A stretch of 64,000 bases of DNA. It comes from Bacteroidetes bacterium HGW-Bacteroidetes-3. GTDB lineage: Bacteria > Bacteroidota > Bacteroidia > Flavobacteriales > Flavobacteriaceae. Location of the stretch: assembly GCA_002842505.1 (NCBI GenBank), contig PHDE01000001.1, positions 3,683-67,682 of the forward strand. The letters are read 5' to 3'. Positions 1-11,848 of the stretch are shown here, piece by piece (position 1 is the stretch's first letter; each line of letters begins with the position of its first letter). The notes under the pieces were generated by a model that had not been told where the DNA came from, did not search any database, and saw only the letters and a list, made by a program, of their open reading frames with translations. Both the position numbers and the translations under genes were made by a program.

Positions 1-1007
1 AAGCAGCCTCTGTCACTAGTTGTATAAGGGCCTCCCCAAGGATAGGTGGCATTTTCAAGACCGCCACGTGCGGCATATTCCCATTCCGCTTCTGTCGCCA
101 ATCTAAATTGAGGAATTACGGTCGGATTTTTCTTTGTGCTTAAAAAATCATTTTTCTTTTTTGTTCTCCATCGGCAAAAAGCTTTTGCCTGCATCCAAGA
201 AACCCCAACAACCGGATAATCATTATAGGCCTGGTGGTAAAAATAATCTTGGTGCATTGGGTCGTTGTACGAATAATTGTAGTCTTTAATCCAAACAGTT
301 GTGTCAGGATATACTGAAACCACCTCTGTTTTAATAAAATCTCTTCTATTCGCGTTATTTCTTCCTGCGCCTTCTTGGTCTAACCAGGAATATTTAAACT
401 TTAATTTTTTCGGGTTTACCATTCTTCTGCCTTCAAAACTATCTTCAATAGGCATTAAAATGGAATCGATCATTACTTCCGCATATTCTTCACTTGGAAA
501 TTTATTGACATCCCAAACTATTTTTTCTTTCCAGTTCAACATTTTACCTTGTGTAGGGGAATTAATATCTCCTAAACTTCCGTAAGTTTTCATCATATAT
601 TTTTGATAAGGAGACATTTTAGTGGTGTCTATATCCAAAAATTGATAATCTTCCAAAACAATATCTCCTTCCGAAGACATCAATTCAGAAAATAATGCCA
701 GTTCTGTTCTTACAATAGAATCACGAACCCAAAAAACGAATTCTTTGTACTCGCTATTGGTAATTTCAGTTTCGTCCATATAATACGGACGCACAGTTAC
801 GGTTCTGGTTGGTGAGTTTAAGGCTCCTGCAACATCTTCGCTTTGTTTACCCATCGTAAATGAGCCCCCGGGTATTAAAGTCATACCTAAAGGTTTTTGA
901 GAATGCCATTTACTGCCCGATCTCACTCCAACTAACTCCCCTTGATCGCTGGATCCACAACTATATATAACTAAGACTAGTAAAATATACAACGATATTT
1001 TCTTCAT
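1..1007 (-). CDS. gldK: Gliding motility/T9SS lipoprotein GldK (FGE-sulfatase/SUMF1 domain), 3' end runs off the window
   Basis: Manual translation from ATG at 1007: [17 protein letters not shown] (lipobox) [11 protein letters not shown]...[15 protein letters not shown]...[28 protein letters not shown]...[16 protein letters not shown]. Not in the ORF track because there is no stop inside the window. Confidence 0.93.
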   Translation of the reverse strand, partial: MKKISLYILLVLVIYSCGSSDQGELVGVRSGSKWHSQKPLGMTLIPGGSFTMGKQSEDVAGALNSPTRTVTVRPYYMDETEITNSEYKEFVFWVRDSIVRTELALFSELMSSEGDIVLEDYQFLDIDTTKMSPYQKYMMKTYGSLGDINSPTQGKMLNWKEKIVWDVNKFPSEEYAEVMIDSILMPIEDSFEGRRMVNPKKLKFKYSWLDQEGAGRNNANRRDFIKTEVVSVYPDTTVWIKDYNYSYNDPMHQDYFYHQAYNDYPVVGVSWMQAKAFCRWRTKKKNDFLSTKKNPTVIPQFRLATEAEWEYAARGGLENATYPWGGPYTTSDRGC

Positions 1008-1125
1008 ATTTTTTTTCTTAATCCTTTAAGGCAAACGTATTACTAATTATCTTAAAAAACAATATTTTATTTATGTGTTTAAAACAAAAATAAATGTATT
1101 TTAGTATACCGAGCACAATTTTTTA

Positions 1126-2286
1126 TTACACTAATTTTTTCAACGTTTTTAGCCACCTGTCTGGGATTTCCTGATTGGTGGCGCTAATATAATCTTGGTA
1201 TGTACAAGGTATTAACGCATGTCTTTTAAATTTATTACTTTCATTTAAATTAATTTCCATCCACCATCGACCGCTTTTGTTGCTTTTATAAAAATTCAAC
1301 ACTTGGTTTTCAATGGGAACTATATATTTTTGATAATTATCTTTTAGTCCGAAAGGATAATCATTTGCCCTATAATTATAGCCTTCCATAAAATACCATA
1401 TCATTTGTGAAATTAACTGAGCTGTTTGGTTTTTGACATCCAATGTTGGATTGTATTCATAAATGCCAAAAGAAGTCACTTTATCGCTAATGCCAGCATA
1501 TCTTGAAATAGCGCAAATTTCTGCGCCGGTAAATCCGTTGGGGGTCACATTATTGTTGGCGGGAGCATCTGCGTTTTTAACTGCCGATAAATCGATGCTT
1601 ACAATATCGGCATCGCGCAAAACAGGTTCAACCAATTGAATTGCGTTTGAAACTTCGCCCAATCTATAGGTTTCAAAAAACAAACCGTCCAATAAATCAA
1701 TTTCATTTTGCGAGTTAAAATAGGTCTGATAGCCAATATTGCAGTAATTGAACAAATTATTTGGCTGGTTCATTACAATTTTGCTTAAATAGGTTTGAGA
1801 AGTTAAATCGTCTTCAATGGCTCCCAAATCAAATTTATTGTCCACCGAAACTATATTTACGGTTTGCTCCAACTTGTCGTAAGCCCTGTAATTTGAATAG
1901 GTTAAATCCTGGCCGCCACCAATAATAATTGGAATTATTTTCTTTTTTATAAGATATGCCAATAATTCTCCCAGCGCAAAATAAGTGTCTTCTATAGTAT
2001 TTCCCTGCGGAATATTCCCTAAATCAACAACACTAATAGGCCAATTTCCCGGAAAAAGTTTGTATAATTCTTTTCTGATTTCATTTAAATTGGAACCTGT
2101 TTCATGATTCCCAATTGCGGCTCTGCCTTCTTCAACACCAATAATGGCTATTTTTTTATTTGCCAAATTTGGGAAACCGCCTTTTGCTGCATAGATTTCG
2201 ATACATTGGCCAAAAGATTGATCGGATTGCATTTTTGCATATTCCAATAATGCATCGTCAATAGGTATAAGATAATCGAAATTCAT
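1126..2286 (-). CDS. Arginase/formimidoylglutamase-fold protein with degenerate metal-binding motifs
   Basis: Ureohydrolase-like layout (DLGNI, IIGGGQD, VDNKFD, SIDLS, PNGFTGAEIC, GIYEYNP); position between topA and gldK is typical of Flavobacteria. Confidence 0.8.
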   Translation of the reverse strand: MNFDYLIPIDDALLEYAKMQSDQSFGQCIEIYAAKGGFPNLANKKIAIIGVEEGRAAIGNHETGSNLNEIRKELYKLFPGNWPISVVDLGNIPQGNTIEDTYFALGELLAYLIKKKIIPIIIGGGQDLTYSNYRAYDKLEQTVNIVSVDNKFDLGAIEDDLTSQTYLSKIVMNQPNNLFNYCNIGYQTYFNSQNEIDLLDGLFFETYRLGEVSNAIQLVEPVLRDADIVSIDLSAVKNADAPANNNVTPNGFTGAEICAISRYAGISDKVTSFGIYEYNPTLDVKNQTAQLISQMIWYFMEGYNYRANDYPFGLKDNYQKYIVPIENQVLNFYKSNKSGRWWMEINLNESNKFKRHALIPCTYQDYISATNQEIPDRWLKTLKKLV

Positions 2287-2335
2287 TTTTTAGGGGTTAT
2301 AAGATTTCTTTTTCGACGGCAATATAATAAAAAAA

Positions 2336-4819
2336 TTATTTTTTCGCTGTTTTTCCTTTTGTTGTTTTCTTTTTTGGTGCGTTTTTTTCTATGATCTCCT
2401 TTACATCCTCCAGCGTTAATTTAGTTGGGTCAACCGTTTTTGACAATTCAATCTTTGTTTTCCCTTTAAGTATATTGGATCTTCCCCAACGTGCTTTTTC
2501 AACAGAAATGCCTTCTTCTGGCCAATGATGAATGACTTTCTCAATATCTTTCCGTTTCTTTTCTTCAATCAATTCAACAACGTCTTTTTCAATCAAATTA
2601 TCAAAATCGTATTTTTTATTTACGTTGATGTAAATGCCGTTCCATTTCAAAAATGGGCCAAATCGACCAACGCCTTTTTGAACAGGCATATTTTCATAGT
2701 CACAAATTGGCGCATCGGCTTTTTGTTTTTCCAAAATCAATTCAATGGCGCGGTTTATATCAACCGACATCGGATTTTCGTCTCTTGGAATGGAAACATA
2801 CATTTCGTCATATTTAATATAGGGGCCAAAACGTCCAACGGCAACCACCACTTCTTTTCCTTCATAACCGCCAATTGTTTTTGGAAGTTTAAACAATTCC
2901 ATTGCTTCTTCAAAAGTGATGGAAGTTAAGGTTTGATCGCCTTGCAAACTTGCAAACTTTGGCTTTTCTTCATCTGTTGCTTCGCCAATTTGAACCATAA
3001 CGCCAAACCTTCCCAAACGCGCATACACATTTTTGCCGCTTTCAGGATCAATGCCTAGTAAACGTTCTCCTTTAGCCCTGTCGGCATTTTCGGCAACATC
3101 GGCAACCATAGGATGAAATGATTTGTAAAAATCTTTGATCATTTTAATCCAATCTTCTTTTCCTTCAGCAATATCATCAAATTCCGATTCCACTTTTGCG
3201 GTAAATCCAAAATCTAAAATATTGGAGAAATTCTCCACCAAAAAGTCATTAACAATATTACCAATATCGGTTGGCACTAATTTTCCTTTGTCGGAACCCA
3301 CTTTTTCTGTCAACTTTTTGACAATTACTTCGCCGCCTTTTAACTTGATCTCTGTATAACTTCTGTCTTCGCCTTCAATGGTTCCTTTTTCTACATATTC
3401 TCTTTTTTGAATGGTTGAAATTGTTGGTGCATAAGTTGACGGACGCCCAATTCCCAATTCTTCTAATCTTTTAACAAGTGCGGCTTCGGAATATCGGTAA
3501 GGAGCTCTTGTGTATCGCTCAGTTGCAATAATGGATTTATTGACCAATACTTCGCCTTTGGATAATTTAGGCAACATTCCTTCTTGTTCTTCATCTTCAT
3601 TATCAGTTCCTTCCAAATAAACTTTTAAAAATCCTTCAAACTTAATTACTTCACCGTTTGCGGTAAAAACCTCTTTATTATTTGTATTTGTAATTCTCAC
3701 ATTGGTGCGTTCCAATTGCGCATCACTCATTTGCGAAGCGATGGTTCTTTTCCAAATTAAATCGTATAACCTGTCTTGATCATAATCAACAGAAACAGAT
3801 TGCAAACTCATACTTGTTGGCCTGATGGCCTCGTGAGCTTCTTGCGCGCCTTTATCTTTGGTGTGAAAACTTCTTGGTTTGCTGTATGCTGCGCCATAAG
3901 AGGAAATAATTTCTTCTTGCGCCTCAATTTTTGCATCTTCAGATAAATTAAGACTGTCGGTTCTCATATAAGTGATCAAACCGGCTTCATACAAACGTTG
4001 CGCAATCATCATTGTTTTGGCCACCGGAAAATACAATTTTCTCGATGCTTCTTGTTGCAATGTTGATGTTGTAAATGGCGCTGCCGGAGATTTTGTGGCT
4101 GGTTTTGTTTGTAAATCGTCAACTTTAAATTTTGCGTTGATGCAAGATTTTAAAAATGAGGTTGCCGCTTCTTTGGTGTCGAAATTCTTTGGCAAAGAAG
4201 CTTTAAATTTCTTTTCTTCCTCTGTAATAAACTGCGCCATCACTTTATAGGAAGCCTGCGGAACAAAACTTTTTATTTCGCGTTCTCTGTCAACAATCAA
4301 CCGAACGGCAACAGATTGTACTCTTCCTGCCGACAAACCTCCTTTAACTTTTCGCCACAATACTGGCGATAATTCATAACCAACCAACCTATCCAAAACA
4401 CGACGGGCTTGTTGGGCGTTTACCAAATTATAATCAATACTTCGCGGATTTTCAACGGCTTTTAAGATGGCTTTTTTGGTAATTTCGTGAAAAACGATGC
4501 GTTTTGTGTTTGCTTCCTTTAATTTTAATTGCTCGTATAAATGCCAGGCTATTGCTTCACCTTCCCTGTCCTCATCCGAAGCTAGCCAAACCATATCTGC
4601 ATTCTTAGCCAAATCTTTCAATCTTTTTACCAAGGCCTTCTTGTCGGTTGGCACAACATATTTCGGACTAAAATTCCCTTCAACATCAATCCCAATTTCT
4701 TTGGAAGGCAAATCGGCAATATGTCCAAAACTGGATTCAACCTGAAAATCTTTTCCTAAAAATTTTTCAATGGTTTTTGCTTTTGCAGGTGACTCTACGA
4801 TTACTAAATTTTTCGCCAT
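2336..4819 (-). CDS. topA: DNA topoisomerase I
   Basis: LVIVESPAKAKTI TOPRIM start, DEDREGE, SAGRVQS, LITYMRTDS active-site motif, C-terminal GRFG repeats. Confidence 0.98.
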   Translation of the reverse strand: MAKNLVIVESPAKAKTIEKFLGKDFQVESSFGHIADLPSKEIGIDVEGNFSPKYVVPTDKKALVKRLKDLAKNADMVWLASDEDREGEAIAWHLYEQLKLKEANTKRIVFHEITKKAILKAVENPRSIDYNLVNAQQARRVLDRLVGYELSPVLWRKVKGGLSAGRVQSVAVRLIVDREREIKSFVPQASYKVMAQFITEEEKKFKASLPKNFDTKEAATSFLKSCINAKFKVDDLQTKPATKSPAAPFTTSTLQQEASRKLYFPVAKTMMIAQRLYEAGLITYMRTDSLNLSEDAKIEAQEEIISSYGAAYSKPRSFHTKDKGAQEAHEAIRPTSMSLQSVSVDYDQDRLYDLIWKRTIASQMSDAQLERTNVRITNTNNKEVFTANGEVIKFEGFLKVYLEGTDNEDEEQEGMLPKLSKGEVLVNKSIIATERYTRAPYRYSEAALVKRLEELGIGRPSTYAPTISTIQKREYVEKGTIEGEDRSYTEIKLKGGEVIVKKLTEKVGSDKGKLVPTDIGNIVNDFLVENFSNILDFGFTAKVESEFDDIAEGKEDWIKMIKDFYKSFHPMVADVAENADRAKGERLLGIDPESGKNVYARLGRFGVMVQIGEATDEEKPKFASLQGDQTLTSITFEEAMELFKLPKTIGGYEGKEVVVAVGRFGPYIKYDEMYVSIPRDENPMSVDINRAIELILEKQKADAPICDYENMPVQKGVGRFGPFLKWNGIYINVNKKYDFDNLIEKDVVELIEEKKRKDIEKVIHHWPEEGISVEKARWGRSNILKGKTKIELSKTVDPTKLTLEDVKEIIEKNAPKKKTTKGKTAKK

Positions 4820-4986
4820 ATTTTTTTATTAAAATTTTAAAACCTTCCAAATTTCATTTTCCGCTTCAAATAAAAACACCTTATATAATTCGGGTTTTGG
4901 ATTGCAAAAGTATATAGAATTTTTTTAATATGAATAATAACCTTAAAAAACGCTACTTTTTAGGCTTTAATCCTTTGTTAAATTTC

Positions 4987-4999
4987 TGCCAATCTGTCA
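4987..4999. promoter_or_regulatory. Candidate transcription-factor site TGCCA-N3-TGTCA in the topA/miaB divergent region
   Basis: TGCCAatcTGTCA; its reverse complement matches TGACAcgtTGGCA at 9487-9499 upstream of groES. Confidence 0.4.
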
Positions 5000-5019
5000 T
5001 ATTTTTAAAAAATTGGTTA

Positions 5020-5027
5020 TATCTTTG
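5020..5027 (+). promoter_or_regulatory. Bacteroidota primary-sigma -7 box upstream of miaB
   Basis: TATCTTTG matches TAnnTTTG, 17 nt before the ATG. Confidence 0.7.
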
Positions 5028-5044
5028 CCTTCCAATAAAAACTT

Positions 5045-6478
5045 ATGGGGAACGAAAAAATTATCGTAGAAAAAAATCAGGGACAACCTCTATTTACTGA
5101 ACTAATCGAAGGAAATTCCAAAAAATTATATATAGAAAGTTATGGCTGTTCTATGAACTTTAACGACAGTGAAATTGTAGCTTCCATTCTTTCAAAACAA
5201 GGATATAACACCACGCATTTATTGGAAGAAGCCGATTTGGTTTTGGTAAATACGTGTTCAATTAGGGAAAAAGCAGAACAAACTGTCCGCAAACGTTTGG
5301 AAAAATACAATGCGGTCAAAAAAATAAATCCGTCTATGAAAGTGGGCGTTTTGGGCTGTATGGCCGAACGGTTGAAAGCCAAATTTTTAGAAGAAGAAAA
5401 AATTGTTGATTTGGTTGTTGGGCCAGATGCATACAGAGATTTGCCTAATTTATTGGAAGAAATAAATGCCGGCCGCGATGCCGTAAACGTTATTTTATCA
5501 AAAGAAGAAACTTATGGCGATGTTTCTCCGGTGCGCTTAAACAGCAACGGCGTTTCCGCGTTTGTTTCCATCACAAGAGGTTGCGACAATATGTGCACTT
5601 TTTGCGTGGTGCCGTTTACGCGCGGTCGTGAACGCAGCCGCGAACCAAACAGTATTATTGAGGAAATAAAGGAATTAAGCGATAAAAACTTTAAAGAAAT
5701 AACGCTTTTGGGCCAAAATGTGGACAGTTATCTTTGGTATGGCGGCGGATTGAAAAAGGATTTTAAAAATGCTTCTGAAATTGCGCAAGCAACGGCAGTG
5801 TATTTTTCACAATTGTTGGATATGGTGGCGACGGCATTTCCTAAAATGCGAATCCGTTTTTCCACTTCAAATCCGCAGGACATGAATTTGGAAGTCATTT
5901 ATACGATGGCAAAACACGATAATATTTGCAATTATGTTCATTTACCTGTGCAATCGGGAAGCACTTCTGTGTTAAAAAGAATGAATCGCCAGCATACGCG
6001 TGAAGAATATATTGAATTGATTGACAATATTCGAAAAATTATTCCTGACTGTGGCATCTCACAAGATATGATGACCGGTTTTTGCGGTGAAACAGAAGAG
6101 GAACACCAAGAAACCTTGAGTTTATTGGAATATGTAAAATATGATTTCGGATTTATGTTCGCTTATTCTGAACGTCCGGGAACTTTGGCTGAGAAAAAAA
6201 TGGAAGATGATGTTCCTTTTGATGTCAAAAAAAGAAGGCTTGCAGAAATTATTTTATTACAACAAAAACATAGTTTATACCATACCCAACAATTTGTGGG
6301 ACAAACGGTTGAAGTGTTGATTGAAGGTGCTTCAAAAAAATCGGACAGCCATTGGAAAGGAAGAAATTCGCAAAATGCCGTAATTGTTTTTCCAAAAGGA
6401 GATGAAAAACTGGGCGATTTTGTAAATGTTTATATCGAAGATTGCACTTCTGCCACATTAATAGGAAAAAGAATATAA
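5045..6478 (+). CDS. miaB: tRNA-i6A37 methylthiotransferase MiaB
   Basis: YGCSMN...NTCSIRE...GCM UPF0004 domain, radical [13 protein letters not shown]-terminal TRAM domain. Confidence 0.97.
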   Translation: MGNEKIIVEKNQGQPLFTELIEGNSKKLYIESYGCSMNFNDSEIVASILSKQGYNTTHLLEEADLVLVNTCSIREKAEQTVRKRLEKYNAVKKINPSMKVGVLGCMAERLKAKFLEEEKIVDLVVGPDAYRDLPNLLEEINAGRDAVNVILSKEETYGDVSPVRLNSNGVSAFVSITRGCDNMCTFCVVPFTRGRERSREPNSIIEEIKELSDKNFKEITLLGQNVDSYLWYGGGLKKDFKNASEIAQATAVYFSQLLDMVATAFPKMRIRFSTSNPQDMNLEVIYTMAKHDNICNYVHLPVQSGSTSVLKRMNRQHTREEYIELIDNIRKIIPDCGISQDMMTGFCGETEEEHQETLSLLEYVKYDFGFMFAYSERPGTLAEKKMEDDVPFDVKKRRLAEIILLQQKHSLYHTQQFVGQTVEVLIEGASKKSDSHWKGRNSQNAVIVFPKGDEKLGDFVNVYIEDCTSATLIGKRI

Positions 6479-6481
6479 TTC

Positions 6482-7717
6482 ATGGAATCATTGCAAGCCA
6501 TAAAACAACGTTTTGAAATTATTGGAAACGATCTGCACTTAAACAGGGCGCTTGAAAAAGCAATTCGCGTTGCGCCAACCGATATTTCGGTATTGGTTAC
6601 CGGCGAAAGCGGTGTTGGTAAAGAAAATATTCCAAAAATAATTCATCATTTATCACATCGAAAACACGCAAAATATATAGCAGTGAACTGTGGCGCAATT
6701 CCTGAAGGAACTATTGACAGCGAATTATTTGGCCACGAAAAAGGCTCTTTTACCGGTGCTACTGCTGCGCGAAGCGGCTATTTTGAAGTCGCTGACGGAG
6801 GTACTATTTTTTTAGATGAAGTTGGTGAATTGCCTTTAACCACCCAAGTACGGTTATTGCGTGTTTTGGAAAATGGCGAGTTTATTAAAGTTGGGTCGTC
6901 ACAAACGCAAAAAACCAATGTTCGTATTGTTGCCGCCACCAACATAAATATGCAACAAGCCATCAATAAAGGAAAATTTAGAGAAGATTTATATTATCGT
7001 TTAAGCACTATTGAAATAAATTTGCCGCCGTTGCGTGAACGTGTTGGCGATATTCATTTGTTATTTAGAAAATTCGCTTCGGATTTTGCCCAAAAATATA
7101 AAATGCCGCCCGTTAAACTTTCCGATAATGCCGTTAGAGCACTGGAAAATTACGGTTACCCAGGAAATATTAGGCAATTGCGAAATATTGCTGAAGAAAT
7201 TTCCGTAGTTGAAGAAAACAGACTGATTTCCTCTGAACGATTGCTGCAATATTTACCAAGTAAAGGCACTAATTTGCCATCGATAATCGAAAGCAAAAAA
7301 TCTACCAGTGAGTTTTCATCCGAACGGGAAATTATGTACAAGATTTTGTTCGATATGCGAAACGACATCAACGATTTGAAAAAATTGACCCTCGATTTAA
7401 TGCAAAGCGGCAGTATAGAAAAAGTTAAAGAGGAAAATAAAAATTTAATTCAGAAAATATACAAGGAAAATGTTTTAGATTCGGAAACAGAAAATCAGGT
7501 GGAGGTTGTCAGAATTAATGAAAAGTATAAAGATTCCGACTCTTACGACTTTGAAGAAACCATTGATGCCGACGAAAGTTTGTCCATTCAAGATAAAGAA
7601 ATTGAATTGATAAAAAAATCGTTGGAACGCAATAAGGGAAAACGAAAACTAGCCGCAAAAGAATTGGGAATTTCAGAGAGAACCCTATATCGAAAAATAA
7701 AACATTACCAACTCTAG
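6482..7717 (+). CDS. Sigma54-interacting AAA+ enhancer-binding protein with C-terminal Fis-type HTH and no N-terminal receiver domain
   Basis: GESGVGKE Walker A, ELFGHEKGSFTGA, LFLDE-type Walker B (IFLDEVGE), FREDLYYRL, PGNIRQL, AAKELGISERTLYRK. Confidence 0.92.
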   Translation: MESLQAIKQRFEIIGNDLHLNRALEKAIRVAPTDISVLVTGESGVGKENIPKIIHHLSHRKHAKYIAVNCGAIPEGTIDSELFGHEKGSFTGATAARSGYFEVADGGTIFLDEVGELPLTTQVRLLRVLENGEFIKVGSSQTQKTNVRIVAATNINMQQAINKGKFREDLYYRLSTIEINLPPLRERVGDIHLLFRKFASDFAQKYKMPPVKLSDNAVRALENYGYPGNIRQLRNIAEEISVVEENRLISSERLLQYLPSKGTNLPSIIESKKSTSEFSSEREIMYKILFDMRNDINDLKKLTLDLMQSGSIEKVKEENKNLIQKIYKENVLDSETENQVEVVRINEKYKDSDSYDFEETIDADESLSIQDKEIELIKKSLERNKGKRKLAAKELGISERTLYRKIKHYQL

Positions 7718-7775
7718 TTAAAATATTAACTTTGGCCTTAATTTTCAGATCCTTAAAAAATATTAAAATATCAAA

Positions 7776-8282
7776 ATGAAAAAATTCAGTTACCTTGTAT
7801 TGTTCCTTTTAACCTTCACCACACAAAGTTGCGGCATTTATTCATTTACGGGAACCAATATAAAATCAGATGTAAAAACGATTCAAATAGATTATTTTCC
7901 CAACAACGCCATTTTGGTTGAACCCACTTTAAGCCAGGAATTTACAACGCGTTTGCAGGACTTATTTTTACAGCAAACCAATTTAAGTTTGGTGAAAACA
8001 GGTGGCGATTTACAGTTTGAAGGAGAAATTACAGGTTATAAAATTAATCCGATGACCGCGACAGCGCAACAAACTGCTGCCCAAAACCGACTCACCATAA
8101 CCGTAAATGTGCGTTTTTTCAACAATAAATTTGAAGAAGACAATTTTGAACGGTCCTTTTCGCATTATTATGATTATGACGGAAATGCGCAATTAACCGG
8201 CGGAATTTTAGATGATGCTTTCAATGAAATTATTGAACGTATCACACAAGATATTTTTAATGCCTCAGTAGCAAAATGGTAA
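7776..8282 (+). CDS. lptE: LptE-family LPS assembly lipoprotein
   Basis: Lipobox QSC followed by GIYSFTG; NRLTITVNVRF; size and context typical of Bacteroidota LptE. Confidence 0.8.
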   Translation: MKKFSYLVLFLLTFTTQSCGIYSFTGTNIKSDVKTIQIDYFPNNAILVEPTLSQEFTTRLQDLFLQQTNLSLVKTGGDLQFEGEITGYKINPMTATAQQTAAQNRLTITVNVRFFNNKFEEDNFERSFSHYYDYDGNAQLTGGILDDAFNEIIERITQDIFNASVAKW

Positions 8283-8285
8283 ATT

Positions 8286-9104
8286 ATGAATTGTGCTGAA
8301 TTCACCTATTTATTGCAACACCCCAAAAATATTGATGCCTCAAATACGCAACGATTAAATGAAGTCATTTCTGAATTTCCTTATTTTCAATCGGCAAGGG
8401 CAATTCAATTAAAAGGACTCAATAAAACAAATAGCTTTAAATACAACTTAACTTTAAAAAAAACTGCCGCCTATACCATTGACAGAAAAGTGCTTTTTGA
8501 TTTTATAACTTCTCCCATATTTATGTCCGAGGCGAAAAAAGAAGCCGAAAACCTTGAAGAAATAGAAGTTATTGATGCAGAAAATGTAAAAGCGCTCCAT
8601 AAAAAAATAACTGATTCCTTTTTCAATAAAAGTTCAGAAATTAAAACGGATATACTTCAGAAACAGGAAATTGTTGAAGAAGAAAAAAATGTAACTGATG
8701 TTTTAGAACTGGGAAAACCAATTCAGTTTGTAAGTTCTGAGCCACACTCATTTAATGAATGGATGCAATTGATTGCCCAAAAGCCAATTGTAAGGGAGGA
8801 AAAACCAGTAAGCAAAATTGAAAAAATTGAAGAAAAGTTTAATTTAATTGATAAGTTCATTGAGTTAAATCCAAAAATAAAACCAGTAGACAAAAATGTC
8901 CTAAATATGGATATCATTTTGGAAGGTTCAACAGAAAATGAAAGTTTGATGACAGAGACCTTGGCAAAAGTTTACCTTGAACAAAAAAAATATGAAAATG
9001 CCATCAAAGCTTATCGCATTTTAATTTTGAAATATCCAGAAAAAAGTGGTTTCTTTGCAGACCGAATTAAAGCAATAAAAAAATTACAAAAAAATAAGTC
9101 ATGA
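8286..9104 (+). CDS. Conserved hypothetical protein with C-terminal TPR-like helices
   Basis: N-terminal FPYFQSA motif and C-terminal TETLAKVYLEQKKYENAIKAYRILILKYPEK; lies between lptE and secG. Confidence 0.75.
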   Translation: MNCAEFTYLLQHPKNIDASNTQRLNEVISEFPYFQSARAIQLKGLNKTNSFKYNLTLKKTAAYTIDRKVLFDFITSPIFMSEAKKEAENLEEIEVIDAENVKALHKKITDSFFNKSSEIKTDILQKQEIVEEEKNVTDVLELGKPIQFVSSEPHSFNEWMQLIAQKPIVREEKPVSKIEKIEEKFNLIDKFIELNPKIKPVDKNVLNMDIILEGSTENESLMTETLAKVYLEQKKYENAIKAYRILILKYPEKSGFFADRIKAIKKLQKNKS

Positions 9105-9448
9105 CATATACATTATTCTTAGTTCTGATTATGATCGTAGCACTTTTGCTCATATTAATTATCATGGTTCAAAATCCAAAAGGTGGAGGATTGTCATCTT
9201 CTTTTGGTGGCGGCGGAACACAAGCTTTAGGGGGCGTTCAAAATACAACCAACTTTTTAGACAAAAGTACTTGGACACTTTCCATTGTGTTATTAGCCCT
9301 AATTTTATTATCAAATTTTGCTGCTCCGAAAGCACACGTTGTTGACACTAGCTCAGAAATTGAAAACACTATCCAAAATCGTGAAGTTCAGGACGCGCCG
9401 GCACAACCGTTGACATCAACGCCTGCAACCCAAGATACTGTAAAATAG
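9101..9448 (+). CDS. secG: Preprotein translocase subunit SecG
   Basis: Two TM segments around VQNPKGGGLSSSFGG; FLDKSTW. Confidence 0.95.
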   Translation: MTYTLFLVLIMIVALLLILIIMVQNPKGGGLSSSFGGGGTQALGGVQNTTNFLDKSTWTLSIVLLALILLSNFAAPKAHVVDTSSEIENTIQNREVQDAPAQPLTSTPATQDTVK

Positions 9449-9470
9449 TTTTACTGAAAATATTCCCTTA

Positions 9471-9505
9471 AAAATGCCAATGTAAATGACACGTTGGCAT
9501 TTTTA
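9471..9505 (+). promoter_or_regulatory. Inverted repeat after secG and upstream of groES (terminator and/or operator)
   Basis: AAAATGCCAA...TTGGCATTTT arms enclosing TGACA, followed by a T-run. Confidence 0.5.
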
Positions 9506-9610
9506 TTTTTCTATAAATCCCTTAAAAAACACATTTGTCAGTTTTATTGAATTGGCATAATTTTGGAACACTTAATCCGAAGAATTAATAATTTTTAAAA
9601 TCAATTAAAA

Positions 9611-9889
9611 ATGAGTGAAATTAATATTAAACCACTATCAGATAGAGTTTTGGTAAAACCGCTACCGGCTGAAAAAACCACTGCTTCCGGACTTATTATA
9701 CCTGATTCAGCCAAAGAAAAACAACAAAAAGGAACTGTGATTGCAATAGGAAACGGATTAAAAGACGAACCTATGACCGTGAAAATTGGCGACACCGTTT
9801 TATTTGGCAAATATGCAGGCACTGAGCTTGTTGTTGATGGCACCGAATATTTAATAATGAGAGAAAGCGATATTTTAGCAATTGTTTAA
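9611..9889 (+). CDS. groES: Co-chaperonin GroES
   Basis: [36 protein letters not shown]. Confidence 0.98.
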   Translation: MSEINIKPLSDRVLVKPLPAEKTTASGLIIPDSAKEKQQKGTVIAIGNGLKDEPMTVKIGDTVLFGKYAGTELVVDGTEYLIMRESDILAIV

Positions 9890-9891
9890 AA

Positions 9892-11658
<1,767 letters not shown>

Positions 11659-11746
11659 TCTCGTACGTGCGGGATAACTTTAAAATTCCCATACGACATT
11701 TTAAATTACAATTGATATAAGATTAAATGTAATAAACACAAATTAT

Positions 11747-11778
11747 AAGCCGCTTAATTTTCATTAAGCGGCTTTTTT
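11747..11778 (+). terminator. Rho-independent terminator of groESL
   Basis: 12-bp arms AAGCCGCTTAAT / ATTAAGCGGCTT followed by a T-tract. Confidence 0.85.
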
Positions 11779-11785
11779 ATGCTTT

Positions 11786-11829
11786 AAAAGTAAAAAGGCT
11801 TCCCAAATTCGGGAAGCCTTTTTACTTTT
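11786..11829 (-). terminator. Terminator of pnp (bidirectional-type)
   Basis: 19-bp perfect arms AAAAGTAAAAAGGCTTCCC / GGGAAGCCTTTTTACTTTT. Confidence 0.85.
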
Positions 11830-11848
11830 TAGTTCAAAAGAAATATTG

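Noticed and set aside
301-585. 94-aa + strand ORF
   Set aside because: Antisense to gldK.
9449-9610. CIRCE/HrcA operator upstream of groES
   Set aside because: No TTAGCACTC-N9-GAGTGCTAA match by eye.
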